Assembly: GCA_934479825.1 (NCBI GenBank)
Contig: CAKSOW010000002.1
Location: forward strand, 95,399 to 159,398
Reading direction: 5' to 3'
Source: an uncultured Eubacteriales bacterium
GTDB taxonomy: Bacteria > Bacillota > Clostridia > Oscillospirales > CAG-382
DNA length: 64,000 bases
The notes beneath the pieces are model-generated. The model saw only the letters and a list, made by a program, of their open reading frames with translations. It searched no databases and was not told where the DNA came from. Positions 1 to 7,083 of this stretch are shown in pieces. The position numbers and the translations under genes are program-made. Within the stretch, counting starts at the first letter, position 1, and the number at the start of each line of letters is the position of its first letter.

Positions 1-1166
1 CTCTGGGAGAGCTTAATTTTGACTTTTCCGGTTTCAACGAGCTTTTCATCAAGCGGCGCGGGCAAATCATATTTGGTAAGCCCTAAGCGTGCCGTCAAGC
101 GGTCAACCGGAACAAGGCGGAATTTACGGGTAGGAGAAACTTCTTTCATCTCAACATTGTCGGGAATCTTAATGCCGTTTTTACGAAGCATACCTTTGGT
201 TGCCACAATCATACTGCGCGGATTCAATCCCTGACCGCAGGAATACATTTCGCAAAGGCCGCAGGCTGAGCAGAACATGGTGTTCAGATACGGTTTGGTA
301 TCCTTGACTACACCGCTGGTAGCGACCTGCATAAAACGCTGCGGTTCGATCGGATGACCGAGCAGATGACGCGAGCATAAATCCGTACACATGCGGCAAT
401 TGCAACAGACAGACATAGCGCGCTTCATGCTGATGGTGAGCGGCGTAAGGCGTTTCTCGACGATATACTGATGTTTCGGCATGACCAAGATTGCATTGGA
501 AGTTTTGGTCACGACATCGCTTCTTTGGGTGATGTTGCCGGTCATGGGACCACCGGCGATCAGCACCGGATCTTCGACAGTCGCGCCGCCTGCAAGATCG
601 ATCAGTTCGCCATATGTAATGCCGAGCGGCGCTTTAAAAGTAGCCGGATGCGCCACTTCACCGCAAATCGTGATGTATTTGTAGGTAACGGGTGCATTTT
701 CTTTCAGAGCGCGCGCCACATTGAACGCGGTTTCCACGTTGAAAACAGTAACGCCGACGCTGATCGGAATTTTTCCGGGCGGAACGACACGACCCGTCGT
801 TTCATAAATGGTAACAACCTCGTCGCCCGACGGATAGATCTCCGGAAGAAGTCCGATTTCGGTATTCGGATAAGCCGGAAGAAGTTTATTGACCGCCGCA
901 ACGGCTTCTTTATAATGCGGTTTTACGGCGATGATGACGCGCGTTGCTTCCACTGCTTCGGCAATGGTTTTGAGTGCGTCCAGAATCGCTTCGGCGTGAA
1001 ATTCGAGAACCTGTCTGTGCAGTTTTAAAAGCGGTTCGCATTCCGCACAGTTAAGGATAATGGTATCCGCCGCCTTGTTGAGCTTGGCGTAGGAGGGAAA
1101 TCCCGCGCCGCCCGCGCCTGCAACGCCGGCATTTTTCATAACGAGTGACAGGGCGTTAAAATCCAT
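1..1166 (-). CDS. PduS/RnfC-like BMC-associated flavo-iron-sulfur oxidoreductase; the C-terminus runs off the left edge
   Basis: Not in the ORF track because there is no stop inside the window. Minus-strand ATG at 1164-1166 is preceded by AAGGA, and the frame is open to position 1. The N-terminus MDFNALSLVMKNAGVAGAGGAGFPSYAKL carries the GAGGAGFP motif of the RnfC/NuoF-51kDa/PduS family. Two 4Fe-4S motifs are present (CCNCRMCTDLC and CSACGLCEMYSC). Confidence 0.8.
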   Translation of the reverse strand, partial: MDFNALSLVMKNAGVAGAGGAGFPSYAKLNKAADTIILNCAECEPLLKLHRQVLEFHAEAILDALKTIAEAVEATRVIIAVKPHYKEAVAAVNKLLPAYPNTEIGLLPEIYPSGDEVVTIYETTGRVVPPGKIPISVGVTVFNVETAFNVARALKENAPVTYKYITICGEVAHPATFKAPLGITYGELIDLAGGATVEDPVLIAGGPMTGNITQRSDVVTKTSNAILVMPKHQYIVEKRLTPLTISMKRAMSVCCNCRMCTDLCSRHLLGHPIEPQRFMQVATSGVVKDTKPYLNTMFCSACGLCEMYSCGQGLNPRSMIVATKGMLRKNGIKIPDNVEMKEVSPTRKFRLVPVDRLTARLGLTKYDLPAPLDEKLVETGKVKIKLSQ

Positions 1167-1298
1167 GAAGTATCATTCCTTTTTCGAGACTTGCGATAAG
1201 AAGTTTGCGCGATACGCGCTATCATAAAGAGGACGAAGTCCTGCAAATATTCAAAGTTAAATTGTTTGACTGTTTGTTGTCAGCCGACAGCAAACTTT

Positions 1299-1574
1299 CT
1301 ATTTTTCAAGCTCCTCGGGACAGTCGATAATACCGACAATAGCCGCGTCAACCGGAGCGTTTGAAAGATCACAACCGACGCGCGCCGCGCTGCCGGTAGC
1401 GACAAGAACCGTTTCGCCGATGCCTGCACCGACGTTATCGATCGCGATAAAACGGGAAGAACCCATATTGCCTTTCAAGCTTTCATGCGGCTCGACAATC
1501 AAGAGTTTCTGTCCGATGAGATTTTCGTTTTTGCGTGTGGAAACAACATGTCCCACCACTTTGCCAATAATCAT
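1299..1574 (-). CDS. eutN: BMC vertex pentamer protein (EutN/PduN/CcmL family, BMC-P)
   Basis: 91 aa. MIIGKVVGHVVSTRKNENLIGQKLLIVEP...AIDNVGAGIGETVLVATGSAAR is the typical EutN/CcmL fold signature. It sits next to BMC-H genes. Confidence 0.9.
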   Translation of the reverse strand: MIIGKVVGHVVSTRKNENLIGQKLLIVEPHESLKGNMGSSRFIAIDNVGAGIGETVLVATGSAARVGCDLSNAPVDAAIVGIIDCPEELEK

Positions 1575-1750
1575 GCTTTTTCCATGCCTTTCTTCGTGCA
1601 GTCAAAAGAACCGCACCGATACCCACACGCGTTCTGTGAGATTTGGAGTTTTGCTTTACATGGGAGTTAAGCCGCACGACGCATGTTTTGCCCTTGCGGC
1701 ATTAGAATGTCCGTATCCGGAATATTCAAAATCTTTTTGTTTGCTGCTCG

Positions 1751-1778
1751 CCTTGCCGCGGCAAAAGCCGCGGCAAGG
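1751..1778 (-). other. GC-rich 12-bp stem / 4-nt loop hairpin in the spacer after the shell genes
   Basis: The minus-strand RNA is CCUUGCCGCGGC-UUUU-GCCGCGGCAAGG, a perfect 12-bp stem. No U-tract follows. It lies 28 nt downstream of the BMC-H stop inside a 230-nt non-coding spacer. Confidence 0.6.
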
Positions 1779-1805
1779 AAAAGGAGTTTCCCCGGAAAAA
1801 CGGGA

Positions 1806-2216
1806 TTATTTGAGGACGGGAAGAATCTTTTCCACGTCGTCGTGCGGTCTCGGGATAACGTGCGTTGCGATGATTTCGCCAAGACGCTGAGCAGCCGCGG
1901 TGCCGCTTTCAACGGCGCTCTTGACAGCTCCGACATCGCCTCTGACCATGACGGATACAAGGCCGCTGCCGATTTTTTCGGTGCCGACGAGTTCGACATT
2001 TGCGGCTTTGAGCATTGCATCGGCTGCTTCAATAGCAGCGACCAAGCCTCTTGTTTCGATCATACCTAATGCCTGCTGGTTCATAATCTTTTTCTCCTTA
2101 AACTGCTTTGTTTCGGTCTTTTTCGTTGCAGTATCTGCGGCAGACGTCTTGACCTCGACCGCAGGGTTTGCGATCACCGTCGATGCGGTTTTTTTCGCAT
2201 TTTTTCTCTCTGCCAT
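1806..2216 (-). CDS. BMC-H hexameric shell protein (PduA/EutM type) with a possible 44-aa Lys/Ala/Thr-rich N-terminal extension; the alternative start at 2084 gives a 92-aa canonical protein
   Basis: The core [30 protein letters not shown]...[17 protein letters not shown] is the Pfam BMC (PF00936) signature. ATG at 2216 has GAGGA 7 nt upstream. The internal ATG at 2084 has AAGGAG 9 nt upstream. Confidence 0.9.
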   Translation of the reverse strand: MAERKNAKKTASTVIANPAVEVKTSAADTATKKTETKQFKEKKIMNQQALGMIETRGLVAAIEAADAMLKAANVELVGTEKIGSGLVSVMVRGDVGAVKSAVESGTAAAQRLGEIIATHVIPRPHDDVEKILPVLK

Positions 2217-2254
2217 AGTATGTTCCTCAAATTCCGACCATTCCGAATATTTGC

Positions 2255-2530
2255 TTAAAGCTTCGGAAGAATCTTTTCAACGTCGGTGTGAGGTCTCGGA
2301 ATAACGTGCGTTGCAATGATTTCGCCAAGCTTGGAGGCTGCTGCCGTACCGCTTTCAACGGCTGCCTTTACGGCTCCGACATCGCCTCTGACCATGACGG
2401 ATACAAGACCGCTACCGATCTTTTCTGTACCGATAAGGGTTACTTCTGCTGCTTTTACCATAGCATCTGCTGCTTCAATTGCTGCGGTAAGACCTCTGGT
2501 TTCGATCATACCTAATGCTTCCATAGACAT
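2255..2530 (-). CDS. BMC-H hexameric shell protein (PduA/EutM type)
   Basis: 91 aa. [34 protein letters not shown]...[17 protein letters not shown] is the canonical BMC domain. Confidence 0.95.
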   Translation of the reverse strand: MSMEALGMIETRGLTAAIEAADAMVKAAEVTLIGTEKIGSGLVSVMVRGDVGAVKAAVESGTAAASKLGEIIATHVIPRPHTDVEKILPKL

Positions 2531-2568
2531 TGTTTTGTCCTCCTTAAAAAGGTTATATAATTATTTTT

Positions 2569-3786
2569 TTATTTGTTGACAATTGCAATTTTGAGACCCG
2601 TCATTTTCAGATTGGTTTCAAGAGCTTCGTTGATCTGTTCAAGCGGGAATTTATGGGTAATCAGCTTTTCAAGCGGAATACCGATAGCTTTCGCACGCTT
2701 CAAGAAATCAAAAGTGGTGGCATAGTCACGCAGTGTATACACCCAAGAGCCGACCGTGGTGATTTCCTTGGAGCAGATGTCGAAGTGCGGATTGATGGTG
2801 GCGTCGCCGCCGTTGATAAAGAAGCCCAGCTCACAAAGTCCGCCGCCGTTGCGGATGAACTTATAGATGTTGGAATGTGCCACAGGCGAACCGGTGCACT
2901 GGAACGCAAAATCGGCAAGATGTCCGCCGAATGCATCCTTGACGGCATCGGCAAGAGCCTCGATGCCCTTGTAATTCTTGAAGTTTACGGAATGGTCTGC
3001 GCCCATTTCCTTAGCCACGGCCAATCTCTTTTCTTCGCCGTCCACAGCAACGATGTTTTCGATACCCATGGTACGAAGCACTGCAATGCAGATAAGGCCG
3101 ATCGGTCCGCATCCCTGAACCACTACGCGCGAATTGAAACGCAGAATGCCGGTGGTCTTGGCACGCTCGACTGCGTGAATCAGCACGGCGCACGGTTCAA
3201 TCAAGATTCGCGAATCAAGATCGAGGTCGCTCACGTTGAAGATGGTTGAGCCGCCCTTGACGATGAGATAATCTGCGAACCAGCCTTGGAAGTGGTTGTC
3301 TTCTTTATCGGGCAGAAGTCCGTAAACATCTGCGCCGCCCACGTTCTGCTTGTTGAGGTCGAACATGGTGATATCGGGATTGTCCTTGAAGATCATGCAG
3401 GTAACGACCTTATCGCCGATGGCGAGGTCTTTTCCGGCGCTGTCTTTCTTGACGTTTTTACCCATCTTGACGATCTCGCCGGTGCCCTCATGTCCGAGAA
3501 CGACCGGGATCAGGCCGAAAGGATCGCGCTTGAATTCATGCGCGTCGGTACCGCATACGCCGCAGCCTTCGACTTTGACAAGAACATCGTCGTCGCCGAT
3601 CTCCGGCAACGGATATTCCTTGATGTCAAAATGTTCGGTTTTGGTGAGCATGGCAACGCGGGCTGTTTTCGGAATGCTTCCCGAAGAAACGGAACCCGTT
3701 TGTGCCGGTGCGGAAACCGGAGCTTCTTTCATGCCTGCAATGACCTGTTTGACGATGGCTTCTATATCATTCGTATTCATTGCCAT
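2569..3786 (-). CDS. Zn-dependent medium-chain alcohol dehydrogenase with an N-terminal BMC encapsulation peptide
   Basis: 405 aa. MDR-family motifs are present (EGCGVCGTDAHE, GHEGTGEIV, and the Rossmann VVVQGCGPIGL). About 40 extra N-terminal residues hold an amphipathic helix NDIEAIVKQVIAGMKE followed by a Pro/Ser/Ala linker. Confidence 0.85.
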   Translation of the reverse strand: MAMNTNDIEAIVKQVIAGMKEAPVSAPAQTGSVSSGSIPKTARVAMLTKTEHFDIKEYPLPEIGDDDVLVKVEGCGVCGTDAHEFKRDPFGLIPVVLGHEGTGEIVKMGKNVKKDSAGKDLAIGDKVVTCMIFKDNPDITMFDLNKQNVGGADVYGLLPDKEDNHFQGWFADYLIVKGGSTIFNVSDLDLDSRILIEPCAVLIHAVERAKTTGILRFNSRVVVQGCGPIGLICIAVLRTMGIENIVAVDGEEKRLAVAKEMGADHSVNFKNYKGIEALADAVKDAFGGHLADFAFQCTGSPVAHSNIYKFIRNGGGLCELGFFINGGDATINPHFDICSKEITTVGSWVYTLRDYATTFDFLKRAKAIGIPLEKLITHKFPLEQINEALETNLKMTGLKIAIVNK

Positions 3787-3836
3787 TGTATTTTCTCCGT
3801 TTCATATGTTGTTTGCTGTATTCTGCCGTTCAAGCG

Positions 3837-4343
3837 TCAGCGTATTTTCGTTTCAAAATACGTTTTTCCATATTCGCCGAGCGCGGTATCCTCTTCGGCT
3901 GTTCCTCCGCTGACGCCAAGTCCGCCGAAAATTCTTCCTTCACCCATAAGCGGCTCGCCGCCGCCGAAGATGACGATTTTTCCGCCGTTCGTGAACTGAA
4001 TTCCGTAAAGCGACCCTCCCGGCGAAGCAAGCTTTGCTAACTCCTTGGTCGGCATTTTAAGCGCTGTTACGGTATACGCTTTGTTCACGGCAATATCGTA
4101 GCTTGCGTGGAAAGCGTCGTCCATACATTCGACAAGAACGGTGTTGCCGCCCTCATCGGCAATGGCAACGACCGCCTTGACGCCCATTTCCGCCGCTTTT
4201 TTTTCAACGGCGGCAGCAAGCTCTTTGGCCGCCGCAAGCGTCATACGCGAAAGCGGCGCATGCTTTTTCGGCACGCTTGCCGCAGTCTCCGAGAGAACTC
4301 TCTCGACCACGCTGTCCACTAATTTGTTGATATCGTGTCCCAT
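3837..4343 (-). CDS. GlcG/HbpS-like (DUF336, PduO C-terminal-domain-like) protein with an N-terminal encapsulation peptide
   Basis: 168 aa. The ...FGGGEPLMGEGRIFGGLGVSGGTAEEDTALGE motif is typical of DUF336. The N-terminus DINKLVDSVVERVLSE is an amphipathic helix followed by a linker. Confidence 0.75.
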   Translation of the reverse strand: MGHDINKLVDSVVERVLSETAASVPKKHAPLSRMTLAAAKELAAAVEKKAAEMGVKAVVAIADEGGNTVLVECMDDAFHASYDIAVNKAYTVTALKMPTKELAKLASPGGSLYGIQFTNGGKIVIFGGGEPLMGEGRIFGGLGVSGGTAEEDTALGEYGKTYFETKIR

Positions 4344-4350
4344 AACGGAC

Positions 4351-5160
4351 TTAGCTCAAAGATGCGAGAACTTTCTTGGTAATTTCAGCGATGAGAGCCG
4401 CATCGTTGGCAGCGGTCGAAGAAACCGTACCGCAGGAGCAATTGCCGCCGCAGGAATGACAGCTGGGTTTGCCGGCCTTGGCGTTCGGGCAGAGGTCAGC
4501 CGGATGCTTACCCTTCATACCGAACTTACGGCGGATTTCATAAAGTCTCTGAACCTGTTCTTCGGAGAGAGGCTTCGGGCCGCCGAGCATCTTTGCCTGA
4601 TAAAGAAGCTGAGCATAGAATTCAACGGATTCCATCTTGTGATAAGCGTTGAGAAGCGAATCCGAGAAAGCAAGTGCGCCGTGGTTTTCAAGAAGAACGG
4701 CATCATAATAAGGAAGATACTTGGAAACAGCGTCCGGAATTTCTTCGGTGGACGGTGTGCCGTATTCGGCAATCGGCACACAGCCGAGTGCAATAACAGC
4801 TTCCGGCATGATCGGCTCGGTAAGCGGAATGCCGGCAATTGCAAAGCTTGTAGCATAAACCGGATGTGCGTGAACAACGCTGTTTACGTCCGGTCTTTCC
4901 TTGTAGACGCGCATATGCATCTTGATTTCAGAAGAGGGCTTGAAGCCTTCGTATGCTTGAAGCACATTGCCTTTCGCGTCAACCTTGCATATGTATTCCG
5001 GGGTCATGAAGCCCTTGCTGACGCCGGTCGGCGTGCAGAGGAATTCGTTGTCGTTCAGCTTGACGGAGATATTGCCGTCATTGGATGCGACCATGCCTCT
5101 GTTGTAGATTCTTTTGCCGATCTCACAGATTTGTTTTTTGATTTCGTACTCTGTTGCCAT
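4351..5160 (-). CDS. Class II aldolase (L-fuculose/rhamnulose-1-phosphate aldolase family) with a Cys-rich linker and a C-terminal encapsulation peptide
   Basis: 269 aa. Contains the Zn-ligand region VVHAHPVYATSFA and ENHGALAF (PF00596-like). About 55 extra C-terminal residues read CPNAKAGKPSCHSCGGNCSC ... NDAALIAEITKKVLASLS. Confidence 0.85.
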   Translation of the reverse strand: MATEYEIKKQICEIGKRIYNRGMVASNDGNISVKLNDNEFLCTPTGVSKGFMTPEYICKVDAKGNVLQAYEGFKPSSEIKMHMRVYKERPDVNSVVHAHPVYATSFAIAGIPLTEPIMPEAVIALGCVPIAEYGTPSTEEIPDAVSKYLPYYDAVLLENHGALAFSDSLLNAYHKMESVEFYAQLLYQAKMLGGPKPLSEEQVQRLYEIRRKFGMKGKHPADLCPNAKAGKPSCHSCGGNCSCGTVSSTAANDAALIAEITKKVLASLS

Positions 5161-5230
5161 TTCGGTTACTCCTTTGGTTTGAAGATTTGTTTTTTGGGTT
5201 AATCCAATAATTCTTTCACCTTACAACGGT

Positions 5231-5259
5231 ATTATAGCATTATACTAACTCATTGTCAA
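5231..5259 (-). promoter_or_regulatory. SigA-type promoter of the aldolase-shell operon
   Basis: Minus strand: TTGACA (5254-5259), a 17-nt spacer, then TATAAT (5231-5236). It lies about 70 nt upstream of the aldolase ATG, which has an AAAGGAG RBS. Confidence 0.75.
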
Positions 5260-5276
5260 GGGTTTTTTATAAAAAA

Positions 5277-5309
5277 GTGTGGTTTTTTGCAAAAATCGTG
5301 TTGTTTTGT
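5277..5309 (-). promoter_or_regulatory. Direct-repeat candidate operator (ACAAAACAACAC - 9 nt - AAAAAACCACAC) upstream of the aldolase promoter
   Basis: Minus-strand 12-mers lie at 5298-5309 and 5277-5288 with 21-bp periodicity. The same 12-mer occurs upstream of the GRE promoter (9748-9780). Confidence 0.5.
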
Positions 5310-5380
5310 GTTGCTTTCAACGATTTATCCAAACGCTTTTGTCGAAAAGAGCCGTTTTCAGTCAGTTTGACAAAAATTTG

Positions 5381-5857
5381 TCACACCTTGGCAGATTTCT
5401 TTGTTCCGGAGGCGTTTCGAGGAGCATTTTTCTCCTCTTTCAGGTAATCCAGAATTGCTTCGATTCCCTGATGGTCATAACTGCTGGTAAAAAAGACTTT
5501 TTCGCAGCCGGCCAGCCGCAGCCATCGCTCCGCTTGTGCGGCGTCAGCAAACGGGTGGTCGCATTTAGTCACAATGCCGATGACCGGCCGTGTGGCCATT
5601 CCGACGATACACGGCGGAAACAGGCTGTACGGTTCGGTTGCCGAAAGGACAAGCCCGATGACATCCGCTTCATAGGAATACACGGCCAAGGCTCCGCCGA
5701 GATGTTTGTCTTCGGCATATTCGCCGGGCGTATCAATGATGAAATCGCCGTAGCCGACATACTGTGTTTTATGATAGTGGAGAGTTTCGCCGCGCAGCGC
5801 CTGAATCAGGGTACTTTTTCCGGACTCGCTGCGGCCGATTAAAATCAGTTTCTTCAT
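5381..5857 (-). CDS. eutP: EutP/PduV-family small GTPase
   Basis: 158 aa. MKKLILIGRSESGKSTLIQAL is the P-loop, followed by DTPGEY. The size and BMC context fit the family. Confidence 0.85.
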   Translation of the reverse strand: MKKLILIGRSESGKSTLIQALRGETLHYHKTQYVGYGDFIIDTPGEYAEDKHLGGALAVYSYEADVIGLVLSATEPYSLFPPCIVGMATRPVIGIVTKCDHPFADAAQAERWLRLAGCEKVFFTSSYDHQGIEAILDYLKEEKNAPRNASGTKKSAKV

Positions 5858-5859
5858 AT

Positions 5860-6246
5860 TCAGGTTTTGGTGATCGGGCAGACCTTAAAGCCAAGCGCCC
5901 GTTCGGCATATTCAGTAACAGCCGCAAGGCTCGCTTCGACTTCATCCACTTTACCGGTTACGATAAGCGTTCCGCTGAACCGGTCAACAAAACCAAGTTC
6001 GGCAGCCGATTTCTTAATAGCAAGGTCTGCGGCGATAATTGCATATTCCGCAGGTGTCATAGTCACAATGCCGATGGCGCTCCTTGCATAATCAACCGAC
6101 GGGTCAAGTCCGAGTTTCCGGTAAAGGATCGCGTCGGGCGCAGCAATGATATGCGCAAGGGTAATCTGTTTGCCGGGGACAAGCTCTTGAATAATGCGCT
6201 GTTTGGCGGCCGTGTCTCTTTCTTCATTATTATAAATATAATTCAC
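5860..6246 (-). CDS. Circularly permuted BMC shell protein (PduU/EutS family)
   Basis: 128 aa. RIIQELVPGKQITLAHIIAAP...IGIVTMTPAEYAIIAADLAIKKS...DRFSGTLIVTG matches the EutS/PduU pattern. Confidence 0.85.
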   Translation of the reverse strand: MNYIYNNEERDTAAKQRIIQELVPGKQITLAHIIAAPDAILYRKLGLDPSVDYARSAIGIVTMTPAEYAIIAADLAIKKSAAELGFVDRFSGTLIVTGKVDEVEASLAAVTEYAERALGFKVCPITKT

Positions 6247-6248
6247 GT

Positions 6249-7043
6249 TTAGCCTCCGATCATAACTTCCAAGCCCGTACTTTCAGCAACGCCTTTCAAA
6301 ATCGCCATTTTACGCGCATCCGGCGGCAGAACGTCGCCCATGCCGTAGGCTCTTCCGAGTCCGACGTACTTATCATAACCGAGTCTGTGATACGGGAGCA
6401 GATGAATCTGCTTTACAGTACCAAGCGACGCGGCAAAGCGCGCGATGGATAAGATCTCCTCCGGCATATCATTGAAAGTCGGGATGACCGGCACACGGAC
6501 AACCAGATGTTTCGCGTCACGCGCCAGTTTCTTGGCATTTTCAAGAATCAGTCCGTTATCCCGACCGGTGAAAGCCTTGTGCTTTTCGGAATTTGTATGC
6601 TTGATATCCATGAGATACCAGTCAAGGTACGGCAAAAGCGTCTGCACGGTTTCATACGGTGCGCAGGCAGTCGATTCGACCGCCGTGGAAAGACCATATT
6701 CTTCTTTTGCTGCGCGAAGAAGTGCGGCCGAAAATTCCGGCTGTACCAGGCATTCGCCGCCGGAAAGTGTGAGCCCGCCGCCGCTCCGGCGGTAATACGG
6801 CATATCCTGCGCCACTTTTTCCATGACTTCGCGCACGGTCGTATCGTAACCGATGGTCTTGACCTTGCCGTTCTGGTTCATGGTTTCTATTTTTGTGCTT
6901 TGACTTTCGGGATTACAGCACCACCGACACCGGAGTACACAGCCTTTCAAAAAGACAATGGTGCGGATTCCGGGGCCGTCGTGCGTGGAGAATTTCTGAA
7001 TATCAAAAATCCGTCCGGTCTGTTCCATATAATTTTCCTGCAT
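6249..7043 (-). CDS. Glycyl-radical enzyme activating enzyme (radical SAM, short PflA-like form)
   Basis: 264 aa. Contains GCVLRCRWCCNPE (CX3CX2C) and LSGGECLVQPEF. There is no ferredoxin-like Cys-rich insert after the radical SAM motif. Confidence 0.9.
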   Translation of the reverse strand: MQENYMEQTGRIFDIQKFSTHDGPGIRTIVFLKGCVLRCRWCCNPESQSTKIETMNQNGKVKTIGYDTTVREVMEKVAQDMPYYRRSGGGLTLSGGECLVQPEFSAALLRAAKEEYGLSTAVESTACAPYETVQTLLPYLDWYLMDIKHTNSEKHKAFTGRDNGLILENAKKLARDAKHLVVRVPVIPTFNDMPEEILSIARFAASLGTVKQIHLLPYHRLGYDKYVGLGRAYGMGDVLPPDARKMAILKGVAESTGLEVMIGG

Positions 7044-7083
7044 GTCACATTTCCTTACGGTTGATTATGCATTTTTCGCCCCG

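Noticed and set aside
471-1028. Long plus-strand track ORFs such as 471..1028, 4141..5202, 7042..7899, 19906..21039, 27950..28915 (minus), 50498..51361, 52820..53815, 54066..55196 and 63218..63850 (minus).
   Set aside because: Each lies antisense to, or out of frame within, a gene with clear family motifs. Their translations are Arg/Cys/His-rich low-complexity sequences typical of shadow ORFs, and they lack an SD.
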